Of a stretch of 64,000 nt of DNA, positions 9,158 to 17,664 are shown in pieces. Under the pieces are notes generated by a model. The model was not told the origin of the DNA. It saw only the letters and a program-made list of their open reading frames with translations, and did not search any database. The DNA is taken from positions 17,177 to 81,176 of the IMG/VR virus record IMGVR_UViG_3300031111_000010; one strand, written 5' to 3'. Every line of letters begins with the position of its first letter. The first letter of the stretch is position 1. This DNA is from a virus. The position numbers were made by a program, and so were the translations under genes.

Positions 9158-9505
9158 TCATATTTCACCTATATCATCAAATAAATTTTCTTCTTCTTTT
9201 TCTGGTGGTAAATCAATCCAACTACCATCATCTGTATTCCAACCATCACTACCTGCATTCCAAGAATCACCTGTATCCCAAAGGGTATCTTTATTTTCAG
9301 CAACCATATATAATGATTTCAATTCATTATCCCATTCATACATATTTCCAGTTTTTATAAAGATTTCTTCCAATAGCTCATTAGAATAATAGCTACTTGG
9401 AAAATTCTCTGATTCTGTTACTCTAATCCATACCCCTCTTTTCTCTAATTCTCTATCAGGAAATACACTTTTGTATAGCTTCATTACAGATTCTATTTTA
9501 TTCAT
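9158..9505 (-). CDS. acidic hypothetical protein
   Basis: ATGA-coupled; Trp/Asp-rich tail. Confidence 0.65.
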   Translation of the reverse strand: MNKIESVMKLYKSVFPDRELEKRGVWIRVTESENFPSSYYSNELLEEIFIKTGNMYEWDNELKSLYMVAENKDTLWDTGDSWNAGSDGWNTDDGSWIDLPPEKEEENLFDDIGEI

Positions 9506-9879
9506 AATCCATATACTCCTATCTTAGCTTCACCATGACCACAAGTAGGACATTTTTCTTCGACCAACCAATAGTTAACATGGAATTTGTTAAGTAATAC
9601 TTGTTTGATTATATCGGCATGGCAGGGTTTAGGTGAGCAGTAGCAAATGAGATTACACTTACCATGTTCAATTAGATATGCTTCGATAATCTGCAATGCT
9701 GAGATTATTGGTCTATCACGCTTTTGGATAGCGTTCTTAAGCATTGCTCCATATCGTTGAAGTACGATAGGTCTTAATTCTTCATCTGTTAACTTAAACG
9801 GATTGGCTAACGGTGAAGGTCTACCTACATAAAATCCATCTCCTGTCCAATTTTTTTTGTTGCGTACAGTGATTTCCAT
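9502..9879 (-). CDS. DUF4326-like protein
   Basis: YVGRPSPLANPF ... LICYCSPKPCHADII signature. Confidence 0.8.
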   Translation of the reverse strand: MEITVRNKKNWTGDGFYVGRPSPLANPFKLTDEELRPIVLQRYGAMLKNAIQKRDRPIISALQIIEAYLIEHGKCNLICYCSPKPCHADIIKQVLLNKFHVNYWLVEEKCPTCGHGEAKIGVYGL

Positions 9880-9891
9880 TTCTTCTCCATA

Positions 9892-10200
9892 TCATAACCT
9901 CATTTCTCCATCGGTTAAGAATTTTTCTATTATTTTTTCATATACATGCAAAACATATCTTGGACTACATATCACAGTTTTGATGAATTGTAAATGATTA
10001 TCATCAAAAACACTACCAGTATGCATTGTATAGAATTCTCTTACTTCTGTATTATCTCTGTTTCTTTTATCTATCTCAAACCAGATATTTAAATCTCTAT
10101 TAATCATAGCGATATTTAATACTTTTGATTTTACAGGAACAAGTAATCTTGTTGATGTTTCATGTCCATATTGTAATGAATATTTCCATATTATCTTCAT
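9892..10200 (-). CDS. conserved phage hypothetical protein with shared C-terminal motif
   Basis: MKIIWKYSL...HTG...YVLHVYE pattern; ends KFLTDGEMRL. Confidence 0.8.
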   Translation of the reverse strand: MKIIWKYSLQYGHETSTRLLVPVKSKVLNIAMINRDLNIWFEIDKRNRDNTEVREFYTMHTGSVFDDNHLQFIKTVICSPRYVLHVYEKIIEKFLTDGEMRL

Positions 10201-10223
10201 AACATATTTATTTCCTTATAAAA

Positions 10224-10313
10224 TGGAGGAAAGGACAGGATTCGAACCTGCATTAGTGTTACCTAAATAGAGTTTTCAAGACTCATCGACTATTCCCCAC
10301 TGTCAACCTTTCC
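10224..10313 (-). tRNA. tRNA-Ser(UGA)
   Basis: GGAAAGG/CCTTTCC acceptor stem, CT-TGA-AA loop, long variable arm, GGTTCGAATCC T-arm, encoded CCA. Confidence 0.85.
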
Positions 10314-10361
10314 TTATATGTCACCGATTTGTTTAGTATTCATCTTCTTACCTTTTAATAC

Positions 10362-10448
10362 CGGAGAGTACTGGATTTGAACCAGTGCGAGTGTTACCCC
10401 GACCTAGGATTAGCAATCCTGTGCATTACCATACTCTGCCAACTCTCC
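10362..10448 (-). tRNA. tRNA-Ser(GCU)
   Basis: GGAGAGT/ACTCTCC acceptor stem, TT-GCT-AA loop, long variable arm, GGTTCAAATCC; no encoded CCA. Confidence 0.88.
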
Positions 10449-10475
10449 CGGCACCTTTCTACTTGATCAGAATTG

Positions 10476-10730
10476 TCATGTTACAACATCATCCTTTCCA
10501 TCAGGAATTTTAATTTTACTTATATATACTTCCATACCACAAGCATCACAATGAAGTACATGTCTATGAGTAGTCCATACTTCATCAAATAAATGAATAC
10601 CCTGTATGCAATTAGAGAACTTCCATGCTTCAAGGATTATACCGTATTCTTTCTCACTCAATCCTTCATCTAATTTAGGATGAGTCATGCCGATATATTT
10701 ATTTATTATCGTTGTCACCAGAATCACCAC
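10476..10730 (-). CDS. hypothetical protein with Zn-ribbon-like motif
   Basis: CIQGIH...HCDACG; start uncertain. Confidence 0.55.
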   Translation of the reverse strand: MVILVTTIINKYIGMTHPKLDEGLSEKEYGIILEAWKFSNCIQGIHLFDEVWTTHRHVLHCDACGMEVYISKIKIPDGKDDVVT

Positions 10731-11361
10731 CTTGACTATACCAATTCATTACTTGTGTTTTTCCAGCTTTCCTTGTTCCCATATAATTCTTCAGTCCATC
10801 AGTAGTTACACTATATGCATATTTGGTTTTATCTTTGTCATGACTCATCACATTATCAAATGAAAATCCCATATTGACAGCTACTTCCTTATCGATGTTC
10901 TCACCCAAAAATACAAATGTCCACTTTCCTGTAGCTTCCAGTTCTTTAATCAGATTTTTTATTCTCTGTCTGCCTTCTTCACCAGCATAATCGCTTGAAG
11001 TATTCTCTTGACCATCTGTTTGAATGATCACCAATGCTGCCTTATCTATTCTCTTTTCAGCATCCATCTTCAATCTAATATTATTTATACAATTCCCAAT
11101 GGCATCATACAAGGCAGTCATACCACCTGTCCACCAATGATTCATTTGTTTTACTTCCGATATTGGCATGTTCTCCACGTTACAATGAATTTGATCATCA
11201 AACTCAATGATGGTCACTATATTATCCATTGTTTCATCATCTTCTTTAAGTAGGGTTGCTCGTTGTTCATTGAAATTTGATATAGCAAGATCAACATTAC
11301 TACCCATTGAACCTGAATGATCTTGAACAAAACCAATATATGTTACTGCATTTGCTTTCAT
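10699..11361 (-). CDS. von Willebrand factor A domain protein
   Basis: MIDAS DHSGSM, GMTALYDAIG, IIQTDGQEN. Confidence 0.9.
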   Translation of the reverse strand: MKANAVTYIGFVQDHSGSMGSNVDLAISNFNEQRATLLKEDDETMDNIVTIIEFDDQIHCNVENMPISEVKQMNHWWTGGMTALYDAIGNCINNIRLKMDAEKRIDKAALVIIQTDGQENTSSDYAGEEGRQRIKNLIKELEATGKWTFVFLGENIDKEVAVNMGFSFDNVMSHDKDKTKYAYSVTTDGLKNYMGTRKAGKTQVMNWYSQGGDSGDNDNK

Positions 11362-11513
11362 AAATTAATTACCCCCATTTTTTGTAAAATTCCTACAATT
11401 AGTGATAGTATACCTACTATAATTACAAAAATAATAAGCCAAGCAAATCCACCTATTGCTAATTTTGCAGTTAAACTTATTGCACTTAATAGCCATTCAA
11501 TCATATCTTCTCC

Positions 11514-11753
11514 TTAATATGCCCAATCAGGATCAGGCATGTAAACTTTTTTCTTCGGTTTCTTGCGTTGAGCTTTATTCTCTTTTGGAAGAAAAAGATC
11601 ATCTATTTCTTTTTGAGCTTCAAGATATCGTTTTGATGTTCTTGGTCTGATATCATGATTCTTCTCATATTCCAAAGCAAAATCCCTTTGCTTCCATAAC
11701 CTTGCAAGTGTTTCTGATACACCATTTAAAATATCCGATTCTTGTCTACTCAT
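11514..11753 (-). CDS. hypothetical protein
   Basis: likely start MSRQESD at 11753 with GGAG RBS. Confidence 0.6.
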   Translation of the reverse strand: MSRQESDILNGVSETLARLWKQRDFALEYEKNHDIRPRTSKRYLEAQKEIDDLFLPKENKAQRKKPKKKVYMPDPDWAY

Positions 11754-12270
11754 CAAATTCAATCTCCAATGTATAGTTAATATAATCAACGATTTCTTCA
11801 GGATCATTACTTTCAATCTTCTCAATCCATACAGGAAAATCTTTATCCTGATAGTATCGTTTACATCGTTGGAGGAATTTTTTCAATGGTCCGATAATAG
11901 AAGGTGGCACTTCCACAACTGTCTTGGTATCAGGATTAATGAAACCAATCAAATCTTCTTCTTCTATTTCATTCTCAGTCCATGAATTCTGAACAAAGTA
12001 ACCAGTGAACTCAGACCATTTTTCTGCTCTTTGTTTTGCAAGATCAAGACCGAATCCCGGTTCATGTTGACCATTTACATAATCAAATTCATCCAGCTTG
12101 TTACACATAGAAAAACCAATCATAACAGCATCGGGATTTTCAGGATTGATACCACAATACAGAACACCTTTTTTCTGCCGACCTACACCATTACCTTTTA
12201 CGATGATCTTTCCATCATCATCACGTTTCGGTTTCCTACCACTTTTTCTAATGTATTCAATAATTTCCAT
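11746..12270 (-). CDS. hypothetical protein
   Basis: likely start MEIIEY at 12270 (AAGGAG); IGFSMCNKLDEF...GLDLAKQRA conserved phage pattern. Confidence 0.75.
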   Translation of the reverse strand: MEIIEYIRKSGRKPKRDDDGKIIVKGNGVGRQKKGVLYCGINPENPDAVMIGFSMCNKLDEFDYVNGQHEPGFGLDLAKQRAEKWSEFTGYFVQNSWTENEIEEEDLIGFINPDTKTVVEVPPSIIGPLKKFLQRCKRYYQDKDFPVWIEKIESNDPEEIVDYINYTLEIEFDE

Positions 12271-12295
12271 ACGAATCTCCTTTCGATTTTCTGAC

Positions 12296-12324
12296 ACCCT
12301 ATCAGAATATAAGATAGATGTCAA
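12296..12324 (-). promoter_or_regulatory. sigma70-type promoter
   Basis: TTGACA-17bp-TAGGGT. Confidence 0.55.
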
Positions 12325-12333
12325 GACATTTTT

Positions 12334-12573
12334 TTATAACTTCCTTTTACAACATGGGCATTTATCAGTTTCAGTAGTAATCTTTTTAACACCAGCACCA
12401 AGATTGTAAACTTTAAAAGGGATGTTTTCTTCTGATAATCGTATAATCATATACTGAGCCGCTTTATTAAATGATGTTGTATGTGAGATTACAGTAAGTT
12501 CAGGAGTTACATGATCATACATTTTAATCTCATCATTTAATTTATTCATCCATTTTTTACTTACAACCTTCAT
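12334..12573 (-). CDS. hypothetical protein
   Basis: GGAAGG RBS; C-terminal CPCC. Confidence 0.7.
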   Translation of the reverse strand: MKVVSKKWMNKLNDEIKMYDHVTPELTVISHTTSFNKAAQYMIIRLSEENIPFKVYNLGAGVKKITTETDKCPCCKRKL

Positions 12574-12587
12574 ATTACCTTCCTTTC

Positions 12588-13436
12588 TTAATAATCACTT
12601 GTAATCGTTAAATGAAAAGGCATGTCAGTCAGTTTCCTACGGGTCCATAGATAAGTATCCACATCACCAATATGCCATCCTAATTCTTCTCTCATCTTCT
12701 CACATACTCTAATTGTTGCTGCTCTAATCTGGATTTCCTCAAGCGAATTTTTGGGTATCAGTTTCCCTTCATATATATCTTCTTCTAATGAAGGTGAATA
12801 TTGAAGGCACCCAAAATGCCTGAGAATTTTTGGTACTTGATAATCTGCTGGTACAGGTAATACTATATCTTTATACCATTCAAACTTACGGTAAATCTGA
12901 ATAAAGAATAACGATGCTCTTTTTAAAAAGATATCAGATGCAAATCCTTGAAAGTATCTACACATCATATCAATATCAGCATTTTTATTAACTACTTCTC
13001 TGGCAAAGTTCTCACCCTTTTGATCTTCCAGTAATTCCAATAGATGTCTTTTTCGTTCTTCAAGCATGGGAAATCTATTAACTGAAAGCAATTCAATCAA
13101 AGTATATATAACCTTAGAAAATCTTGTATCATAAGACTTGGATAGTTTAAATGCATACTCAAGGCATTCATACATTGCTGTAGAGGATACATTGTTAGGT
13201 CTGATATCAGATACACCATACCAGTAACAATAGTTGATTGAGCTTGCTACCAGTTCCTTTAATACTTCATTATATATACCTATCTGATACTTCTCATTAT
13301 CATCAAAGAATTTCGGTGGTCCATCTTTTCTCATTCTCTCAATTACTCTATCTACAGTAGACCAAGCTATTTTTACATATTCAGGTTTTGTAGCTAACGC
13401 CTGATCTGCAACTTCAAATACATTTTTTATAATCAT
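12588..13436 (-). CDS. queuosine salvage protein-like (QNG1/DUF2419)
   Basis: SINYCYW, FLKRASL, PADYQVPKILRHFGCLQYS, EEIQIRAA, DTYLW resemble DUF2419 motifs. Confidence 0.8.
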   Translation of the reverse strand: MIIKNVFEVADQALATKPEYVKIAWSTVDRVIERMRKDGPPKFFDDNEKYQIGIYNEVLKELVASSINYCYWYGVSDIRPNNVSSTAMYECLEYAFKLSKSYDTRFSKVIYTLIELLSVNRFPMLEERKRHLLELLEDQKGENFAREVVNKNADIDMMCRYFQGFASDIFLKRASLFFIQIYRKFEWYKDIVLPVPADYQVPKILRHFGCLQYSPSLEEDIYEGKLIPKNSLEEIQIRAATIRVCEKMREELGWHIGDVDTYLWTRRKLTDMPFHLTITSDY

Positions 13437-13448
13437 ATATTCTCCTTT

Positions 13449-13679
13449 CTATATTACCTTTCCATTGATTTCTTTTATAGGTCTTAAATGTCTTTTGGAA
13501 GATGTTACGCATATAGGATCAGGTGTTATCCATTTCAATCCACATGGACAAGTATAAACACACGCTTGATTCTGTATTAACATAGAATCACATTGTGGAC
13601 AAAAATAAGCTACTGTATCTAATGCATGTTCATCTTCTTCTTGGGTTGTATCTGTTACATTTATTACATCATTTATCAT
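13449..13679 (-). CDS. zinc-ribbon protein
   Basis: CPQC...CPCG. Confidence 0.65.
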   Translation of the reverse strand: MINDVINVTDTTQEEDEHALDTVAYFCPQCDSMLIQNQACVYTCPCGLKWITPDPICVTSSKRHLRPIKEINGKVI

Positions 13680-14059
13680 ACTATTATAATTTCTCCTTCT
13701 GGATAAAATTTTCTGAACTTTTTGAGTGTGTCTTCGCTACCACCAAATTCTCTTTGGAGAACTTCTTTTAATGGTTCATGTGGTCTGACAAGACAAGCTA
13801 TGATAATATCAGAAGTCTTAGCCACTGATGTATTCCTTGCAAAGAATTCTTTTCTGGTTTTTTTCTTAGGTGGAAATAAAAGAATGGGAATGCCATAACC
13901 GAAAGCTATCTTTTCAGCAAAGGCATCCCCACCTTGTGGACATCCACCACTGACTATCCAATCACCTTCTTGATAGATTTCAAAGAAGGCATCATGTACA
14001 AGTTGATAGTCAGTTCTGATATTTCGTTTTCTTGTTCCAATAATTCCTATTTTTTTCAT
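13676..14059 (-). CDS. SLOG/DprA-like Rossmann protein
   Basis: IGIIGTR, IVSGGCPQGGDAFAE, FFARN, GGSEDT. Confidence 0.8.
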   Translation of the reverse strand: MKKIGIIGTRKRNIRTDYQLVHDAFFEIYQEGDWIVSGGCPQGGDAFAEKIAFGYGIPILLFPPKKKTRKEFFARNTSVAKTSDIIIACLVRPHEPLKEVLQREFGGSEDTLKKFRKFYPEGEIIIV

Positions 14060-14060
14060 A

Positions 14061-15272
14061 TCATCCTTTCACAACTGCTAACGGCTTAAGCTCCACGGCT
14101 ATATCTACAAGGTCTTTTTGATTATCCATGACGGTAGAAATATCCTTGTATGCTCCACTTGCCTCATCAAGATCAGATACGTTTCGAATACCATGGACAA
14201 TACCCTGTTCATCCAGCTTCTTAATCTCATCCTTCAGGTTCAACTTCTCCTTGGCCTTTGATCTACTCATCAATCGACCAGAACCATGAGAACAAGACTT
14301 GAAACTTTCAGAATTACCCTTACCAACTACAATGTAGCTCTTGGTTCCCTGACTACCCGGAATGATACCATACTCATCTTCATATGCTCTGGTAGCACCC
14401 TTACGATGCACCAGCACATTCTTACCAAAATGATTCTCCAATGCAGCATAGTTATGATGAATGTTGATATTGGTATTCTTAGCAGCAGTATCAAACTGAA
14501 CATCTACATGGTTTGATATAGCTTCCATTACTCTCTGCATCATCAACTGACGATTAGCCAATGCAAAGTTACAGCAATAGTTCATTTCCTGAAAATACAT
14601 CTTTCCTTCTTTGCTATCGAAAGGAAGAAAAGCTAACTGCCAACTTTTAGGAACATTAGACTGCCATTTTTCATTCAATTCAATAGCAATCTTATTATAG
14701 TGAGTAGCAACCTTATTACCCAAGTTTCTACTACCAGAATGAATCATGATCCAAATGTAGCCATCACTACCCTGCTGGATTTCAATGAAATGATTTCCAC
14801 CACCCAAAGTACCAATCTGCTTCTTAGCACTATCCCATTCATCATAGATAACAGTATTATTGAAGTCAAAAAAATCAACAGGTAAATTGGGAATATTATG
14901 ATCATCTTTATTATGCTTGAAACCAACAGGCACCAGCTTACGGATATCACCCATGATCTTTTTCAAGATGGTCTTATCTAAGCTACCAGCAAACAGGGAA
15001 GTTCTTAAAGCTATCATACCGCAACCGATATCAACACCCACGGCATTAGGCACGATGTAACCCTGAGTAGCCATAACACCACCAATAGGCATACCATAAC
15101 CCTGATGCATATCGGGCATACCAGCAACATGATGGAAAACAAAAGGCAACATAGATAAATGCTCCATCTGTTCAAGAGCACCAGCTTCCACTTCACCTAA
15201 CCATAATTTGATAGGCACTCGATATTCACCATGCTTATATATAACATTGAAATTATTTTTTAACTGTATCAT
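14061..15272 (-). CDS. rtcB: RtcB RNA ligase
   Basis: MPDMHQGYGMPIGG, VGVDIGCG, GTLGGGNHFIE, HSGSR, HHNY, HRKGAT, IPGSQG, SHGSGR, DEASGAYK. Confidence 0.97.
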   Translation of the reverse strand: MIQLKNNFNVIYKHGEYRVPIKLWLGEVEAGALEQMEHLSMLPFVFHHVAGMPDMHQGYGMPIGGVMATQGYIVPNAVGVDIGCGMIALRTSLFAGSLDKTILKKIMGDIRKLVPVGFKHNKDDHNIPNLPVDFFDFNNTVIYDEWDSAKKQIGTLGGGNHFIEIQQGSDGYIWIMIHSGSRNLGNKVATHYNKIAIELNEKWQSNVPKSWQLAFLPFDSKEGKMYFQEMNYCCNFALANRQLMMQRVMEAISNHVDVQFDTAAKNTNINIHHNYAALENHFGKNVLVHRKGATRAYEDEYGIIPGSQGTKSYIVVGKGNSESFKSCSHGSGRLMSRSKAKEKLNLKDEIKKLDEQGIVHGIRNVSDLDEASGAYKDISTVMDNQKDLVDIAVELKPLAVVKG

Positions 15273-15453
15273 TTTTCATTTCCTCAATAGTTTTTTCTAT
15301 TGCTTCTCTGGTATTATCCTTTCCATCCGAATTTTTATGATGGAGCATTCTCTCTCCTACACAAATAGGACAAAAAGGAGTCCCATATTTTTGATTGTGT
15401 TTTTTACAATAGTTCACTATAACACACTCCTATAAAAAAAGAAACCTATTTTT

Positions 15454-15708
15454 TTAAATAGAATCCCAAGGTGTTTCACAGTTCCAGCATCGATTATTAT
15501 TGCAGAATAGTTCCTGCTCAGTCACAGAAGCACCACAAGCAGTACATTCCATTTCCTCATCAATCTCATCCAGAAAATCCTTGAGATCATCAGCAGTATC
15601 AAAGGCATAGAAGTTACCATTGGGATTCTCTACCAGTTTATCATTGATAATAAAACCTTTGCGTACCATTATTTCCATCCTTTCTTTCTGGCTATTTCCA
15701 GAAACCAT
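15454..15708 (-). CDS. hypothetical protein with CxxC pairs
   Basis: CTAC...CWNC; start probably internal. Confidence 0.6.
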   Translation of the reverse strand: MVSGNSQKERMEIMVRKGFIINDKLVENPNGNFYAFDTADDLKDFLDEIDEEMECTACGASVTEQELFCNNNRCWNCETPWDSI

Positions 15709-15792
15709 TCACCAGCAACAGCAGCAAGATATCCAATAAAACACATTACAAACATGAAACCCAAAACCTTTAACAATGCCATGATAACTCCT

Positions 15793-15993
15793 TTAGATAT
15801 AGGGTTTAATACTCCAAAGAAATTTTTTAGCAATCTCAATCATTTCTTCTCGCAGTTCAGGATGATCCTTGAATGCTTTGATTGCAGCTTTCTGATATTT
15901 ATAACCAAGCTGATATTCAGTACCATGATCACAGGCAAAATGATAGGATGCTTGGTAACCGTCTTTTGCAAATTGTTCTAAAATCTCGTTCAT
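15793..15993 (-). CDS. hypothetical protein
   Basis: AAGGA RBS. Confidence 0.65.
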   Translation of the reverse strand: MNEILEQFAKDGYQASYHFACDHGTEYQLGYKYQKAAIKAFKDHPELREEMIEIAKKFLWSIKPYI

Positions 15994-16022
15994 TTCTAAT
16001 CCTTTTAGTTAGTTATTATCGC

Positions 16023-16042
16023 CAAGGGGGTTTACCCCCTTG
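16023..16042 (-). terminator. stem-loop after 16045..16545
   Basis: CAAGGGGG-TTTA-CCCCCTTG; no strong U-tract. Confidence 0.5.
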
Positions 16043-16044
16043 AG

Positions 16045-16545
16045 TTAATCCCAATGGTTTTCGTAGTATTCACCACCATGAGAGAAGGTGAAATAACCCT
16101 TGCGATAGCTGCACTGTTCTTTTTTATTACCCTGCACGATGAAAGGATAAGAACCAATAAATGAAGTACCACTACCGAAATTTCTTACATGTAACCGGAA
16201 CTCAGGACCAACAACCCTATTACCAGCTTTGGCTTTACCATTTCCACCAAATTCTTGACCATTGGTGATCGTTTCAACCATCCGACACTTGACGGTTTTA
16301 CCAGTAGGAGAAACATCAATGATCTTGGCAAAATTATTAATGGTCATATTATAACCATATGAAGCATGAAGTTTTTTGCCTACCCATTCATGTTTCTTAA
16401 CAGATTTCTTGACAGCTTTCTTGATCTTACGGGTTTTCTTTTCTACCTTTTGAAATTCAGGCACTTCATCATCTCTCAAAGTAGTCAGACTGTTGATTCC
16501 TCTTGCCCTCAGAATTGCCATGTCTTTTTCGGTCAATCGGCTCAT
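16045..16545 (-). CDS. hypothetical early protein
   Basis: AAAGGA RBS; SYGYNMTINNF motif; own promoter. Confidence 0.8.
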   Translation of the reverse strand: MSRLTEKDMAILRARGINSLTTLRDDEVPEFQKVEKKTRKIKKAVKKSVKKHEWVGKKLHASYGYNMTINNFAKIIDVSPTGKTVKCRMVETITNGQEFGGNGKAKAGNRVVGPEFRLHVRNFGSGTSFIGSYPFIVQGNKKEQCSYRKGYFTFSHGGEYYENHWD

Positions 16546-16574
16546 TTTAAGTCCTTTCGTTGAGTGTTTCTTTT

Positions 16575-16603
16575 ATATTATATGATGTGATTTACCCTGT
16601 CAA
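16575..16603 (-). promoter_or_regulatory. sigma70-type promoter
   Basis: TTGACA-17bp-TAATAT. Confidence 0.65.
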
Positions 16604-16637
16604 GTCTTTTTTTCGCCATGGGGCAAAGCCCCATATT

Positions 16638-16874
16638 TTATTTTTTGAGATACCGTTTCATAGCTGCCATGGCCTTTGCCTTTGTATCATAACCATGCAT
16701 ATTGTTCAATCTGCTGTTGAATCCTGCGTGACCAAAAGTAATAAACCATCTTTTGGTTTCAGGAAGCATGGCAACCGCATTTTCACAGTTAGCATCCCGG
16801 CAAAAACCAGTTTCGTAACAAGATTTGGCAGAAAAAAGAATGTTGTTAAGGGATTCTTGAATCGGAATGCTCAT
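16638..16874 (-). CDS. hypothetical early protein
   Basis: likely start MSIPIQ at 16874 (AAAGGA), downstream of sigma54 motif. Confidence 0.7.
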   Translation of the reverse strand: MSIPIQESLNNILFSAKSCYETGFCRDANCENAVAMLPETKRWFITFGHAGFNSRLNNMHGYDTKAKAMAAMKRYLKK

Positions 16875-16916
16875 TGTTTTGTCCTTTCGGTTTGGTTTGA
16901 AGTTACTCATATATAT

Positions 16917-16932
16917 TGCAGTTGCTGTGCCA
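16917..16932 (-). promoter_or_regulatory. sigma54 promoter
   Basis: TGGCACAGCAACTGCA with exact GG-N10-GC spacing. Confidence 0.75.
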
Positions 16933-17003
16933 AGATTGTAATTTTTTTTATATAGTTATTTCAGTCACTTGAAAAATTAGTATTTTTGATTGGGTAAAAA
17001 ACA

Positions 17004-17039
17004 TGACAAAAATTGTCAAACTTATGACAAAAATTGTCC
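17004..17039. promoter_or_regulatory. tandem palindromic activator (UAS-like) sites
   Basis: TGACAAAAATTGTCA and TGACAAAAATTGTCC, starts 21 bp apart; same pair at 45622-45657. Confidence 0.75.
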
Positions 17040-17071
17040 AGATAGTTATATACTTTACTCCGGTAAATTTG

Positions 17072-17084
17072 TAAGTACTTGATA
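17072..17084 (-). promoter_or_regulatory. IHF-like site
   Basis: TATCAAGTACTTA matches WATCAAN4TTR; lies between UAS pair and sigma54 motif. Confidence 0.6.
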
Positions 17085-17102
17085 TTATTACAAGTGAAAA
17101 GT

Positions 17103-17118
17103 TGGCACAGGGTCTGCA
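17103..17118 (+). promoter_or_regulatory. sigma54 promoter
   Basis: TGGCACAGGGTCTGCA; predicted +1 about 17129, 2 nt before ATG. Confidence 0.75.
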
Positions 17119-17130
17119 TATAAGTATGGC

Positions 17131-17364
17131 ATGAAAACACAAGATATAGAAAAGCTGACTATTCCTAAACAGTATGCTCAAATTGAAGATAAGACTTTTG
17201 AGATGCTTGAAGATGAATTGATGGATGTATATAATAGGTATCCAGATTATAATGATCCTGAATATGGTGGCAAGGGTTTCAATGCAATGGTTGATCTTTT
17301 TGCTTCTGATGATTTTTACCATGAACATTATGTAGCTAAAGAATATCTTAAACTGAAAGGATAA
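17131..17364 (+). CDS. acidic hypothetical early protein
   Basis: follows sigma54 motif with no SD, probably leaderless. Confidence 0.75.
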   Translation: MKTQDIEKLTIPKQYAQIEDKTFEMLEDELMDVYNRYPDYNDPEYGGKGFNAMVDLFASDDFYHEHYVAKEYLKLKG

Positions 17365-17367
17365 AAA

Positions 17368-17595
17368 ATGGATATCATCGAAAAGATCATGAAAGAGCAG
17401 ATGGGTTTTATTGTAGATGATAATCAGCTTCTTCAGATTATCGCCATTGACCCTAATTATGAAATTCTGATTCGGGCAAATCTTTATCGTATAGTTGTAC
17501 CTGCTTATAAAGTGGTGGAGAAGATAAAGAAAATCAATGATGAAAAAAATAATCATGTTCGTGATATTTCTATTGGTTTTACCCGTATCGGTTAA
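17368..17595 (+). CDS. hypothetical protein
   Basis: AAAGGA RBS, coupled to upstream ORF. Confidence 0.75.
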   Translation: MDIIEKIMKEQMGFIVDDNQLLQIIAIDPNYEILIRANLYRIVVPAYKVVEKIKKINDEKNNHVRDISIGFTRIG

Positions 17596-17603
17596 AAAAG
17601 TTC

Positions 17604-17636
17604 TTGACAGGGAACATATTGTTTGATATGTTCCCT
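17604..17636 (+). promoter_or_regulatory. sigma70-type promoter overlapped by an inverted repeat
   Basis: TTGACA-17bp-TATGTT; AGGGAACATAT-N6-ATATGTTCCCT. Confidence 0.6.
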
Positions 17637-17664
17637 TCATAACCTCAAAAAAGGAGTGTGTAAC

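Noticed and set aside
10224-10313. Selenocysteine or suppressor tRNA, or stop-codon recoding
   Set aside because: Anticodon reads UGA (Ser), not UCA; conserved genes are intact under the standard code and TGA/TAG act as stops
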